From IMG/VR virus record IMGVR_UViG_3300007177_000160, positions 32,001-96,000 of that record: a stretch of 64,000 bases of DNA; one strand, written 5' to 3'. The notes under the pieces were generated by a model. The model saw only the letters and a list, made by a program, of their open reading frames with translations, did no database searches and was not told where the DNA came from. Shown here piece after piece: positions 17,413 through 27,096 of the stretch. The position numbers and the translations under genes were made by a program. Within the stretch, counting starts at the first letter, position 1, and the number at the start of each line of letters is the position of its first letter. Source of the DNA: a virus.

Positions 17413-18285
17413 ATGTCAGTACAACAAATTTTAACCCAAGCAAAAGCAGATTGGACAGTAACTAAACATCCTTTATTAGGTCCAGAAGGACAAATCACTC
17501 CAGGTTATGGTATCTTTAGAGACGATACCAAAGAGTGTCTAGGTGTAGTAGGTAGTAAGTATACTCCTACACAGAACTCTCACATGGCAGAAATCCTTAT
17601 GGAAGCAGCTGGACGTAACAACGTAAAGATTGAGCGTGCAGGTATGCTAGGTCATGGCCACAAAGTATATTTCCAGATTAGTCTACCCGATGTAAGAATT
17701 GGTGGCTCAGACTCTAAACGTTTCCTCACGGCTTTAAACAGCCACGATGGTAGTGCGCCTATCGGTTTTGGTGCAACTAACGTAGTAGTAGTTTGCGCTA
17801 ATACTTATTTTGCAGCAATGCGTGACATGACTAGAATTAAGCACACCGCTAACTCTAACATTCGTTTGCAAGAGATTATGCAAAAGATGAAGAGTTCTCT
17901 AGACCAAGAGGAGCGTATGATTGAGCGTATGATTGAGATGAGTAATACTACTATCTCTAAAGATGCTATCACAGACGACTTCTTGATTTCTATCATAGGT
18001 GGAGATGATGAGACTTCTCGCACAAAGAATCGCTTGGCTATGGTTAGATCAGCTTTAGTACCTGAGTTTACTAACCACGGAGAAACAGCGTATGCTATGT
18101 TTAACGCCATCACTCGCTATACTAACCACATGATTTCTTACAAAGATGTTGAAGCTAAGAGAAACGCTTTGATGAGTGGTGTAGGCTTTAGAACAAACCA
18201 GAAAGCATTTGATATTATCGAAGAGACTTTCTTGGCTCCTCCTAAGACCTACCATCTTGTAGGTGTAGAAGAGGTTAACATTTAA
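17413..18285 (+). CDS. DUF932 family protein
   Basis: DW.V...LGVVGSKYTPTQN, NSHDGS, VCAN, IKHT and FNAITRY motifs. Confidence 0.9.
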   Translation: MSVQQILTQAKADWTVTKHPLLGPEGQITPGYGIFRDDTKECLGVVGSKYTPTQNSHMAEILMEAAGRNNVKIERAGMLGHGHKVYFQISLPDVRIGGSDSKRFLTALNSHDGSAPIGFGATNVVVVCANTYFAAMRDMTRIKHTANSNIRLQEIMQKMKSSLDQEERMIERMIEMSNTTISKDAITDDFLISIIGGDDETSRTKNRLAMVRSALVPEFTNHGETAYAMFNAITRYTNHMISYKDVEAKRNALMSGVGFRTNQKAFDIIEETFLAPPKTYHLVGVEEVNI

Positions 18286-18303
18286 AGTTAATTTATAAAA
18301 TGT

Positions 18304-18336
18304 GGAAGCTCAGTTAATTCTGGGCTTTCACTTTTT
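18304..18336 (+). terminator. intrinsic terminator
   Basis: gaagctcag-ttaatt-ctgggctttc plus T-run. Confidence 0.65.
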
Positions 18337-18348
18337 AAGTTAATTATT

Positions 18349-18356
18349 TATATTTG
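18349..18356 (+). promoter_or_regulatory. -7 promoter element TAnnTTTG
   Basis: TATATTTG directly after the terminator and 3 nt before ATG 18360. Confidence 0.6.
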
Positions 18357-18359
18357 CTT

Positions 18360-19004
18360 ATGTTCAAACGCAACCCCAAAAAGGTTCCTGTAAAAGGAGA
18401 GCCTGAAAAGAAAGTCATTGAAACAATCTGTAATGACTGTGGTCGGAAACGGCCATACGCAAACAAGACTAAGAAATTATGTAGTGTGTGCGTTCAGAAA
18501 CAAGCAAAAGAGAAAGCCAAACTCAAAAGAGAAGCAGTCCGTAAAAAGAAAGCAGACACTATTACACAAGCTAAGTTAGACCAAATGACTTCTTGGTTAA
18601 TCAGAGCTGCCTTTGAAGAAAAATGCCATGCATGTGGGGTTCAGATGCCTAGAAAGCAATTACAATGCTGTCACTTCGTTAGTCGCACAAAGTCAATGAC
18701 ACGATATGATTTACGCAATATGCTTCCTGGTTGTCCTACCTGCAACATGTACACTCCTCACCACGTATGGAACTTAGGTAAGTCCATCAACAAGATATGG
18801 GGTAACGACATGACTGAAACTCTTTTGGACATTTCTACTACTAGCCTTAAACTAAACAACAACGATCGTAGGCAAATCTATGATATCTTTAAGGATGCTT
18901 TGGAAAGAATCGAATCAGGCAATTATAATTTAAGTGAGAAGCAGGTAATACTAACCATCTGCTACAATGAATATTCTGTGATAGTAGATAAAATTATAAA
19001 GTAA
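18360..19004 (+). CDS. NinG/Rap-like HNH recombination endonuclease
   Basis: CHACG...QCCHFVSR...TRYDLRN...CPTCN motif. Confidence 0.8.
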   Translation: MFKRNPKKVPVKGEPEKKVIETICNDCGRKRPYANKTKKLCSVCVQKQAKEKAKLKREAVRKKKADTITQAKLDQMTSWLIRAAFEEKCHACGVQMPRKQLQCCHFVSRTKSMTRYDLRNMLPGCPTCNMYTPHHVWNLGKSINKIWGNDMTETLLDISTTSLKLNNNDRRQIYDIFKDALERIESGNYNLSEKQVILTICYNEYSVIVDKIIK

Positions 19005-19008
19005 CAAG

Positions 19009-21009
19009 ATGATAGGATTTGTTTCAACAAGTAAAGAAAACATAGCTGCCATTCAAGGTAAGCACCCTGAGATTATCTGTTGTGGAGTTAATCACGCACT
19101 TGAATATCTGGATAAACTAGATTGGATAGGTTATGACTCCGAGACTTTGGGATTAGATCCTTATACTTCGGACATAATTACTATTCAGTTAGGCGACGCT
19201 AAACATCAATTTGTAATTGACGTTACCAGCGTAGATATCCAGTACTTTAAAGAGCTACTAGAGACCAAGCCTATTATTGGTCATAACTTGAAGTTCGACT
19301 TACGTTTCTTATACCACGAAAGAATCATACCCTCTAAAGTATACGATACGTTCTTAGCCGAGAAAACAACCCGCTTAGGTATAAACTCGCATCGTTCTAG
19401 TTTAGCAGATACCGTGTATAGACACTTAGGAGTTATCTTAGATAAGTCTGAGCGAGCAAATATCAACGGCAGGTTCACGGTTCCTTTCGTACTCTATTCT
19501 GCGCTGGATGTAGCTTACTTACATCAAATTAAAGACATTCAGCTTGGTATACTAGAGAAACAAGGATCACTAAACTCTATTGAATTAGATAACAGATTCG
19601 TAAAAGCACTTGCTTACATCGAGTACTGCGGTATTAAACTAGATGAAGGTAAGTGGCGTAGTAAGATGGCTCGAGTTAGACAAGAGCTAGAAGAAACAGA
19701 AACTGCACTAAACCAGTTTGTAATAGATAATAAAATGAGTAAGTTCATTAATTATCAGACAGACTTGTTTTCTTCCAGTTTAAAAACCACAATTAATTGG
19801 AACTCTTCAACGCAAGTAGTCCAGTTCTATAAAGCTTTAGGTGTAGATACCTCCGTAACAGAAAAGGGAGAAACTAAAGACACAATAGAAGCAGGGCACT
19901 TATCCAAATTCGTTAAGAAGTTTCCAATTATAGAAACTTATCTACGCTATAAGCAAGCACAAAAAGACTTGGGTACTTATGGCGAGAACTTTATTAAACT
20001 AATCAACCCTGTAAGCGGTAGAATTCACACTCAATACAAACAGTTAATGAACACTGGTAGGTTGTCTAGCGGAGGAAAAGATAAAGCCACAGGAACGGCT
20101 TATCCTAATCTCCAGAACATTCCTAGCGATGAAGAAACAAGAAGTTGCTTCGTAGCCGAAGAAGGTAATGTCATTATCGGGTGTGACTATTCAGGTCAGG
20201 AACAGATTGTTCTAGTAAACAAATGTCTTGATCCTAACTTACTACAGTTTTACGACCAAGGATTAGGTGACATGCACAGCTTCGTGGCCAGCAAGATGTA
20301 TCCTGAATTAGAAGGTTTAACATTAGATGAAATTAAATCTAAGCACAAGGACAAACGTCAAGCTGCAAAGTCTGCGGGTTTTGCTATTAACTACGGTGGT
20401 CAAGGTATTACCATCGCAGAAAACTTAGGTATCAGTTTAGAAGAGGGTAACAAAATTTATGAAGCTTACTTTCAGGCTTTTCCTGGACTTAAAACATATT
20501 TCGAGGAAGTCAAAAAGTTTGGTGTACAGAATGGATTTGTACTTATCTCTAAGGTAACAGGAAAGAAATCTTATGTAGATTATTACGAAGACTTCCTAGA
20601 AGCCAAGAAAGCAATTGAAACTCCAGGATTCTGGGATGACTACAAGAAACATAAAGCTCAACGCACCGTGACGTACTCGAAGATGAAAGATCAAATCTCT
20701 CGATATTACACAAAGAAAGGCGAGATTGAGCGTATGTCCCTTAACTACCCGATACAAGGCGAAAGCGCAGAGATAACCAAGTTATCCTGTGTTTATTTCT
20801 GGGAAGAGTATCTAGTACCTAATCAACTTTTATTTACAGTTAAAATTATTAATACAGTCCACGACGAGAACTTAGTGGAATGTCCAGAGTCTATCTCTGA
20901 AGAGGTAGCAAATGCACTTGAATCTGCGATGGTAAAAGCAGGTAAAGTATTTTGTAAACGGGTTCCGCTTAAAGCAGACCCCAGTATTTCTAAATATTGG
21001 AAAAAATAG
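19009..21009 (+). CDS. polA: family A DNA polymerase (3'-5' exonuclease plus polymerase)
   Basis: DSET, HNLKFD, YSALD; TGRLSS, PNLQNIP, DYSGQE, RQAAKSAGFAINYG, NYPIQG, VHDE. Confidence 0.95.
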   Translation: MIGFVSTSKENIAAIQGKHPEIICCGVNHALEYLDKLDWIGYDSETLGLDPYTSDIITIQLGDAKHQFVIDVTSVDIQYFKELLETKPIIGHNLKFDLRFLYHERIIPSKVYDTFLAEKTTRLGINSHRSSLADTVYRHLGVILDKSERANINGRFTVPFVLYSALDVAYLHQIKDIQLGILEKQGSLNSIELDNRFVKALAYIEYCGIKLDEGKWRSKMARVRQELEETETALNQFVIDNKMSKFINYQTDLFSSSLKTTINWNSSTQVVQFYKALGVDTSVTEKGETKDTIEAGHLSKFVKKFPIIETYLRYKQAQKDLGTYGENFIKLINPVSGRIHTQYKQLMNTGRLSSGGKDKATGTAYPNLQNIPSDEETRSCFVAEEGNVIIGCDYSGQEQIVLVNKCLDPNLLQFYDQGLGDMHSFVASKMYPELEGLTLDEIKSKHKDKRQAAKSAGFAINYGGQGITIAENLGISLEEGNKIYEAYFQAFPGLKTYFEEVKKFGVQNGFVLISKVTGKKSYVDYYEDFLEAKKAIETPGFWDDYKKHKAQRTVTYSKMKDQISRYYTKKGEIERMSLNYPIQGESAEITKLSCVYFWEEYLVPNQLLFTVKIINTVHDENLVECPESISEEVANALESAMVKAGKVFCKRVPLKADPSISKYWKK

Positions 21010-21011
21010 TT

Positions 21012-21155
21012 ATGAAAGCAGAAGAAATTGCACAATTAAAGGAACTAACTCCTGAATACTTACATGCTAGGTTAACAACACTTAATCATAAAATTCACGA
21101 ACTTAGAATGGAAGCACAACAAATTAGACTAATAATCAAAGCACTTAAAAAATAA
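21012..21155 (+). CDS. 47-aa helical protein, not in the ORF track
   Basis: MKAEEIAQLKELTPEYLHARLTTLNHKIHELRMEAQQIRLIIKALKK* fills the intergenic gap exactly. Confidence 0.65.
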   Translation: MKAEEIAQLKELTPEYLHARLTTLNHKIHELRMEAQQIRLIIKALKK

Positions 21156-21159
21156 AATT

Positions 21160-21711
21160 ATGGGAGCAACACAATTTATCAATAAGACAAGAGCCTACTC
21201 TATGAGAGAGGCTTACGACCAACTTGTAGAAGATGCAACTTTTGAGCACGGAAACGACAGCTACAATGGTACTATCAGTACTACTCAAGGATTTAGAGAT
21301 ATAACTTCTGAGTTCCGTAAAAGCGGATTAACTATTGACGAGTTTATTGACAAGAAAATAGAAGACGCGAGTAAATGGGGTCCTGCATTTGGCGTTTGCA
21401 TTGTAGATCCTATCCAAAACAAACTAAAAGTAAAATCTCAAGTAGAACAGGTTGTAGTTCCTGGAACTAAGAAGTGGGAACTTATGTACTTTGTTTTAGA
21501 TCCTAGAGGAAAGAAAATCGCTAGCAGTGACAACAAAACAGAAGCTGTTAAGTTGGCTCGTGCCTACACGGAAAAAACCCAAGAGAACACAACTGTTATT
21601 ATGGAGCGTGTATTGGTGTCTTGTAGTCCTGTTGTAGCAAGAATTAAATTTAAACATGATAAGAACCAAAAACCAGGTGCTTATTATTTCTTCGGTTGGG
21701 CAGCAGAATAG
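21160..21711 (+). CDS. hypothetical phage protein
   Basis: 183-aa ORF (MGA..F, YNGTIST, KWGPA, FFGWA). Confidence 0.8.
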   Translation: MGATQFINKTRAYSMREAYDQLVEDATFEHGNDSYNGTISTTQGFRDITSEFRKSGLTIDEFIDKKIEDASKWGPAFGVCIVDPIQNKLKVKSQVEQVVVPGTKKWELMYFVLDPRGKKIASSDNKTEAVKLARAYTEKTQENTTVIMERVLVSCSPVVARIKFKHDKNQKPGAYYFFGWAAE

Positions 21712-21714
21712 TTT

Positions 21715-22107
21715 GTGAGTAACAGTTCTGATTATTTTAACGGAAGTGTAACTGACAACGTAGAAAAACTATTAAGGGAAAGACCAGAAACCAGGGATGA
21801 AGACAGCAAACTAGTCGCTAATTATTATTATTACTTTCAAGCAGACCTTGTAAAGGGTAGAACTGCTGAAGAATTTTTAAAAGCACTAGGTCGAAATGAA
21901 CTGGTTTCTTCTGACCTTATTACTAGAACTCGTAGAAAGTTACAGGAACACAATCCCGACTTACGAGGTAAGGTATGGGAAGAAAGACAAGAACGGAGAG
22001 AAGCAGTTAGGCAGGAAACCAGGAACGCAGAAGAATTTAAGCGACCTAAACCTCCTAAACCTCCTAAGCCTCCACAAATTAAACCAACTAACAAAAGAAT
22101 TATTTAA
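21715..22107 (+). CDS. hypothetical protein with PKP repeats
   Basis: GTG start; ITRTRRKLQE..P.LRG. Confidence 0.7.
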   Translation: MSNSSDYFNGSVTDNVEKLLRERPETRDEDSKLVANYYYYFQADLVKGRTAEEFLKALGRNELVSSDLITRTRRKLQEHNPDLRGKVWEERQERREAVRQETRNAEEFKRPKPPKPPKPPQIKPTNKRII

Positions 22108-22763
22108 TGGCAAATTATTGTTACAACTCCATCACTTTTACAGGTGACATGGAACAACTAAAAAAACTCGAAAAACGTTTACAAAAAGCCCAAGAAAATC
22201 GCCTTAAAGAAGCATACACGGACCAAGGACTTCCAATACCAACCACAGTTCCAGACGAAAATTCTCTATGGTTAAATGGTGCAAATTACCACTTTATCCT
22301 ATTTAAAAAAGCAGATAATTGGTCGGACTCTAGTGAAGATGTGTATCAGAAGTACGGAAGTAAGTGGTTTGAACCTTATTGGAGTTTTGACGAAGACACT
22401 TTACAGATGTGGGGAGACAGTGCTTGGAGCCCTATGCTGCCTTTCTTTGTAAAAATCTGTAAGTTTTATAAACTTCAAGCTTCGGGTTTTTACTCAGAGC
22501 CAGGGATGAACTTTGCAGGAGACTTTGAGATGAACGAAGCTGGAATGATGCAACACATACCCGCAACTTATAGAGCACACTTAGCAAAAAATAATCCTGA
22601 AGTTTTTTGGGAGGATATTATAGTGTGGATAAGTGACGGAGTTTATAATAGTTTAGATGCTATATTTGCTGACTTCAAGGAAGTAGATTGGGAACTAACA
22701 CCTAGTGAGATACAAACACTTGAAGAAGCATTTAAGGAGTTTAAAAACCTTCCAATTCCGTAA
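22107..22763 (+). CDS. DUF1281/YubB-like ferredoxin-fold protein
   Basis: MANYCYN, SAWSP and YSEPGMNFAG motifs. Confidence 0.7.
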   Translation: MANYCYNSITFTGDMEQLKKLEKRLQKAQENRLKEAYTDQGLPIPTTVPDENSLWLNGANYHFILFKKADNWSDSSEDVYQKYGSKWFEPYWSFDEDTLQMWGDSAWSPMLPFFVKICKFYKLQASGFYSEPGMNFAGDFEMNEAGMMQHIPATYRAHLAKNNPEVFWEDIIVWISDGVYNSLDAIFADFKEVDWELTPSEIQTLEEAFKEFKNLPIP

Positions 22764-23047
22764 TGAGTTTAAGTGAAGAACAGAAATTAAAGGATATAAG
22801 AAGGGCCTATGTATTAGCACGGGCCCTTAATATCCAGTACCAGTGGATTAGAGAATTTCTTAATCCAGAACTTAAAAAGGCAGCCAATGATGCTAAGGCA
22901 GCTAACTCTTACTTTATTAAAAAGATTGACGATGCTTTTAAACGCAGATTGCGTGAAGACAAACTTATCAACGAAGAAGAAGAGTTAGCGTTTAAGCTGC
23001 TAGAAGAATTAGAAAAATTAAATACGGATAAAGATGTCAATAAATAG
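22763..23047 (+). CDS. hypothetical protein
   Basis: TAATG-coupled. Confidence 0.75.
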   Translation: MSLSEEQKLKDIRRAYVLARALNIQYQWIREFLNPELKKAANDAKAANSYFIKKIDDAFKRRLREDKLINEEEELAFKLLEELEKLNTDKDVNK

Positions 23048-23504
23048 AATTTATTTGCCAGCAAAACTCAGCAAAAATATTGACGGCACTATTCATCTCA
23101 AGGTAGACAGGGAATTATTACAAGCCTACTACCTAGAGTTAATGATGGGTGATCCTGAAATTGATGTTGAGATTTGTCTAACGAGGATTGACGCAAAGAA
23201 AACTATTCCTCAGTTAGCTTATTTCTTTGGCGTAGTGCTTCCTATTATAAAAGAACAACTAGAAGAACTCGAAGGAACTACTATGACTAAAGATGATGTA
23301 ATGACTATTCTCAAAAGTCTTTTCTTGTACGAGGAGATTTTATTTGAAGGAGAGTTTAAAAAAGTACCTATGTCTTTATCTAAAGCCAAGAAGTCCGAAG
23401 TCAATAAATTTATACAAGACGTTATGGACTTTGCTAGAGATATGCTAGGAGTAGAAATACCAGAACCAACTAAAGAAATAGAATATGGAAGACAACCAAA
23501 CTAA
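23034..23504 (+). CDS. NinB-like protein
   Basis: KT.PQL.YFFGVVLP.I...S.S......FI.......G.EIP pattern. Confidence 0.6.
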   Translation: MSINRIYLPAKLSKNIDGTIHLKVDRELLQAYYLELMMGDPEIDVEICLTRIDAKKTIPQLAYFFGVVLPIIKEQLEELEGTTMTKDDVMTILKSLFLYEEILFEGEFKKVPMSLSKAKKSEVNKFIQDVMDFARDMLGVEIPEPTKEIEYGRQPN

Positions 23505-23949
23505 CCCACACATTGATCCAGTAGTAGACAGCTTCATGCAAGCTCTTAAACAACAAAAAGAGATGCTAGAGCACGTCGAATCTTCAAAGATTGATGCAAT
23601 CAGAGAGTCAATGAAGATTAACCAAACCGCAGAACAAGCCTTGAGATACAATCAAGGTAAACCTCAATGGTCTTTAGTAGACTTTGATTCTCTTGAAGGA
23701 CTTGTACACGTATTAGAATACGGAGCCAGAAAGTACAGTAAAGACAACTGGAAGAAAGGTATGCCTGTAACTCAAGTAAGTGAGTCTTTAATGCGTCACT
23801 TGTTTGCGTTCTTACGTGGAGACGATATAGATCCTGAGTCAGGCTGTCGTCACATCAGCCACGTTATGTGTAATGCTATGTTCCTTGAATACATTCTAAG
23901 AGATAAGCCGCACTTCGATGACAGGAAAAATAGCAATAACATTCCATAA
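23485..23949 (+). CDS. dATP/dGTP diphosphohydrolase-domain protein (DUF5664)
   Basis: RYNQGKPQWSL, YGARKY..DNWKKG, SLMRHL and DPESG..H..H..CN motifs. Confidence 0.85.
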   Translation: MEDNQTNPHIDPVVDSFMQALKQQKEMLEHVESSKIDAIRESMKINQTAEQALRYNQGKPQWSLVDFDSLEGLVHVLEYGARKYSKDNWKKGMPVTQVSESLMRHLFAFLRGDDIDPESGCRHISHVMCNAMFLEYILRDKPHFDDRKNSNNIP

Positions 23950-24127
23950 CTATTTTAGAAATAAAATAGGCCAAAGAGATACGCCCTACGTGTATTTCTA
24001 TTTTGTACCACTAGTAGCGTGGTCTAGAACAGCTAATCAATCCATCAGCTTACATATAGGATGGTTATATTTCACAATTTTAATTAGAATTAAAAATGAT
24101 TACAGACGAAGAATATTTAGCAAGTAA
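23918..24127 (+). CDS. hypothetical protein
   Basis: Fills the gap between neighbours. Confidence 0.55.
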   Translation: MTGKIAITFHNYFRNKIGQRDTPYVYFYFVPLVAWSRTANQSISLHIGWLYFTILIRIKNDYRRRIFSK

Positions 24128-25076
24128 TGCTATCAGCCAAAGTAAGCTGAAGAAAATTTTGACTCACCCATCTAACTATCTAGAAGATAGTTCTGATAGT
24201 GAGTTTGACGAACCAAAAGCAAATATTATTATAGGAGATGGTGTAGATATTCTCCTAACACAGAATGAAGATGTTTTCTTTGAGCAGTTCCACATTAGTA
24301 CAGTAGAAAGACCTACAGGACAGATGGGAGACTATGTGTGGAGTTTATTTATAAACAGAAGCAATCCAGATGCAGAAGAGATTGCTTATCACGAAGCAGG
24401 ATTTAAGCGTGATACCTTTGACAAAGTAAAAGAAAGATTTAAAACTGAAGGTGCTGCGTACTTTTATGACTTACTTAACGGAGAAGACAAAACTGTAATT
24501 AGTCCACAGCAGTTTACGCAGATTCAAGTAGCTAAGGAAACTTTACTTACTCATCGATTTACTGCTAAGTATTTCCGCAATAACGAAAGATACGAGGTTA
24601 AGTATCAGGTACCAATTTATTTTAATTACGAAGGCACAGACTGTAAAGGTCTTATTGACTTAGTTATTATAGATAAAGACACAAGAACTTTGTATCCAGT
24701 AGATATTAAGACAACGGGTTACAGATTGGATTCTTGGATTGGTAATTTCTGGTCTTTGCGTTACGATATTCAAGCGGCTTTTTACAGTTATGGTTTAAAT
24801 ACTATGTTAGAAAAGTTTGGCTGCGAAAAACTAGGCAACTTCAAATTCATAGTGGTAAACCAAACCAAGCCAGAAAACCCATTAATCTTTCAGGTAAGCG
24901 ATGAAATATTAAAGTTTGGGGAAGTAGGTGGTAAAAAGATTTCAGTTGAATACGAAGGCTTTAAACAAGCAATTGCTAGAGTTAAGTGGCATACGGAAAA
25001 TGATCTTTGGGATTATCGTATGGAAGACTATTTGAATAATGGAGTTAGAACTATAAATTTGCCTACGTTAAACTAA
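24096..25076 (+). CDS. PD-(D/E)XK exonuclease (DUF3799/RecE-like)
   Basis: ISQSKLK, CKGLID...VDIKTT and YDIQAAFY motifs. Confidence 0.85.
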   Translation: MITDEEYLASNAISQSKLKKILTHPSNYLEDSSDSEFDEPKANIIIGDGVDILLTQNEDVFFEQFHISTVERPTGQMGDYVWSLFINRSNPDAEEIAYHEAGFKRDTFDKVKERFKTEGAAYFYDLLNGEDKTVISPQQFTQIQVAKETLLTHRFTAKYFRNNERYEVKYQVPIYFNYEGTDCKGLIDLVIIDKDTRTLYPVDIKTTGYRLDSWIGNFWSLRYDIQAAFYSYGLNTMLEKFGCEKLGNFKFIVVNQTKPENPLIFQVSDEILKFGEVGGKKISVEYEGFKQAIARVKWHTENDLWDYRMEDYLNNGVRTINLPTLN

Positions 25077-25510
25077 TGGGTACTAATACAGAAGTGAAGG
25101 AATTAAATCTCACAGGTAAGCTTTTATGTGGATTTGTATTTTCTAAAGACAGTTTGGGTGCGTTGATGAGTGCAGGGTTAATCAATATTTATCTTGATGA
25201 TTATGGCTACACATCTCGACACACAGATTGTATGTTCTTTTTATTTAATTCTAACAACAAGTATTACGACTCATTAGAAAAAAAGATTACCAGCTTTGTA
25301 AGCTTCCACGATTGGTATGAAGTGGGAGAAGGTAGACGTATGTTAGTGTTTAAGATAGGTGATGCTTACAAGAAAGACTTCAAAAACTTTAAACAGAATA
25401 ATTTTAAAGATTTTTCTGTAAGTGCTTTGAAGGTTTTACCAATTGTAAACTTTAATTTTGAACTAGATTATTCAAAAGAAATTTATCGATATCACTTATG
25501 TCCAAACTAA
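25076..25510 (+). CDS. hypothetical protein
   Basis: TAATG-coupled. Confidence 0.75.
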   Translation: MGTNTEVKELNLTGKLLCGFVFSKDSLGALMSAGLINIYLDDYGYTSRHTDCMFFLFNSNNKYYDSLEKKITSFVSFHDWYEVGEGRRMLVFKIGDAYKKDFKNFKQNNFKDFSVSALKVLPIVNFNFELDYSKEIYRYHLCPN

Positions 25511-26502
25511 CACACGCTGAAAAGAAACTAAACCTATACCTAGACATAGCAGAAAGAGTCGCTCAAGAGTCTTACTGTAAGCGTTTACAAGTGGGCGCTA
25601 TCATTGTAAAAGATGGAAATATTATTTCCTTTGGATACAATGGAGCTATAGCAGGCACTGTAAACAAATGTGAAGAATGTCCTGCCGAAGAAATTTGGCA
25701 GGATACTTCATATTTAAACTATCAAGTTAGTTCTTTAGGAAAAGTCAAACGATTAGGTACTACATTAACAAAAGAGATTAAAAAAGCAAATGGAACTGTT
25801 TATATACAGAATGTTTCTTTAGAAGAAAGAGAGTTAGGAATTTCTTGTAATAAAAAGGGTTATCCTGTTGTAAAAATTAACTCTAAAAGTGTTCTAGTAC
25901 ATCAATTAGTAGCAAAGGCATTTATTAAAAACCCAGACTATAGTTATTACAATCAAATAAACCACATAGATGGAGACAAAAATAATAACAACGTAACTAA
26001 CTTAGAATGGTGTACTAATCGCTATAATTGTGAAGAGCGTAGTAAAAAAACACATGCAAATAGAGAACTTCCTTTAGGAGTCTATTTAGATAAGACTAGA
26101 CCAAATACTCCATATATAGGAAGAATTTATGCAAATAATAAAATTCAAATATGTAGATTTGCTACTATAGAAGAGGCTGAAAAATTTGTGAATTATTTTA
26201 AAAATAGTAAAGATTATAAAACTTTTCGGTACGATACTACTAACTTTAGTACGACTTTACCTAGCGTACTTCACGCAGAATCTAATGCTATAACTAAGGC
26301 TTGTAAGTCACCTATATCAACAGAAGGGGCTACAATGTACTTAACGCATTCGTGCTGCTTAGAGTGCGCCAAGTTGATTATTCAAAGTGGCATCAAAAAA
26401 GTCTACTATCTACAGGACTATAGGGATAAATCAGGGATCAATCTTTTAAAGAATTGTGACATTGATGTAGTAAGAATTAACAGAAAACCAACCAACATAT
26501 AA
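25498..26502 (+). CDS. dCMP deaminase with in-frame NUMOD4-HNH endonuclease insertion
   Basis: N-part SYCKRLQVGAIIV...GYNG; C-part HAESNAI...THSCCLECAK; insert EIW..YQVSSLG.V, HQLVA.AF, NHIDGDKNNNNVTNLEW. Confidence 0.9.
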   Translation: MSKLTHAEKKLNLYLDIAERVAQESYCKRLQVGAIIVKDGNIISFGYNGAIAGTVNKCEECPAEEIWQDTSYLNYQVSSLGKVKRLGTTLTKEIKKANGTVYIQNVSLEERELGISCNKKGYPVVKINSKSVLVHQLVAKAFIKNPDYSYYNQINHIDGDKNNNNVTNLEWCTNRYNCEERSKKTHANRELPLGVYLDKTRPNTPYIGRIYANNKIQICRFATIEEAEKFVNYFKNSKDYKTFRYDTTNFSTTLPSVLHAESNAITKACKSPISTEGATMYLTHSCCLECAKLIIQSGIKKVYYLQDYRDKSGINLLKNCDIDVVRINRKPTNI

Positions 26503-26504
26503 CT

Positions 26505-26780
26505 ATGAAACTAAGAGGAACAAGAGTCTTATTAGACCAACCTAAGATTAATGACTTAGGTTTAGAATTATCTCCCGAAATTGAGAAGGAGTTAATGGCT
26601 GACGAATTAAAAAAGTACAATGCTCTTACTGTATTTGCTGTAGGAGATGAAGTATCAGATGTAAACGTAGGCGATAAAGTCTATGTAGCACCTACTACTT
26701 TAGCAATGTGCGAACTTGTAGAAGTTGATGAGGAAACAAAAATCCTTGTTAGAGCTATGGACATTTCAATTATCTGGTAA
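26505..26780 (+). CDS. GroES-like co-chaperonin
   Basis: L.G.RVL...V.AVG..V..V.VGD.V...DI pattern, 91 aa. Confidence 0.75.
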   Translation: MKLRGTRVLLDQPKINDLGLELSPEIEKELMADELKKYNALTVFAVGDEVSDVNVGDKVYVAPTTLAMCELVEVDEETKILVRAMDISIIW

Positions 26781-26781
26781 T

Positions 26782-27096
26782 ATGGTAGCGATTTTATTAA
26801 GCATAATTGCAGGTATTTTAATTATAGTAAGTGTAGCTTTAATCAACGAGTTAAGAGCTATGAACTATAATTTGAATAGACACTGTGCTCAAAACGAGCT
26901 TCAGGTAAACCATACTAGAATGAGTTTAGATATTCTACGCAGTAACTATAACTTAAACAAAGAGGTATCTGAATTACAAAGAAGCAAAGTTATGGAAGAA
27001 CTTACTAACTTAGCTAAAGCTAATCCTGCTGCTGTGAATGACCAGATTACAGATGCTGTAACCCAAAAGCCCATTAGAAAAAAATCTACAAAATAA
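26782..27096 (+). CDS. membrane-anchored coiled-coil protein
   Basis: ATG 26782 in frame; N-terminal TM segment. Confidence 0.7.
   Translation: MVAILLSIIAGILIIVSVALINELRAMNYNLNRHCAQNELQVNHTRMSLDILRSNYNLNKEVSELQRSKVMEELTNLAKANPAAVNDQITDAVTQKPIRKKSTK

Noticed and set aside
21012-21155. Ribosomal protein L29-like gene
   Set aside because: Only a superficial N-terminal resemblance; too short and lacking the conserved C-terminal helix
22044-22072. cctaaacct repeats (and gaagaagct repeats near 9340)
   Set aside because: Low-complexity coding repeats (PKP, EEA) with no evidence of a separate function
19009-23949. Z-genome (2-aminoadenine) pathway
   Set aside because: No purZ or datZ in the window; DUF5664 and PolA alone are not sufficient
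25678-26250. Intein in dCMP deaminase
   Set aside because: The insert starts near a Cys but has no Hint block B (TxxH) and no terminal HN-[C/S/T]
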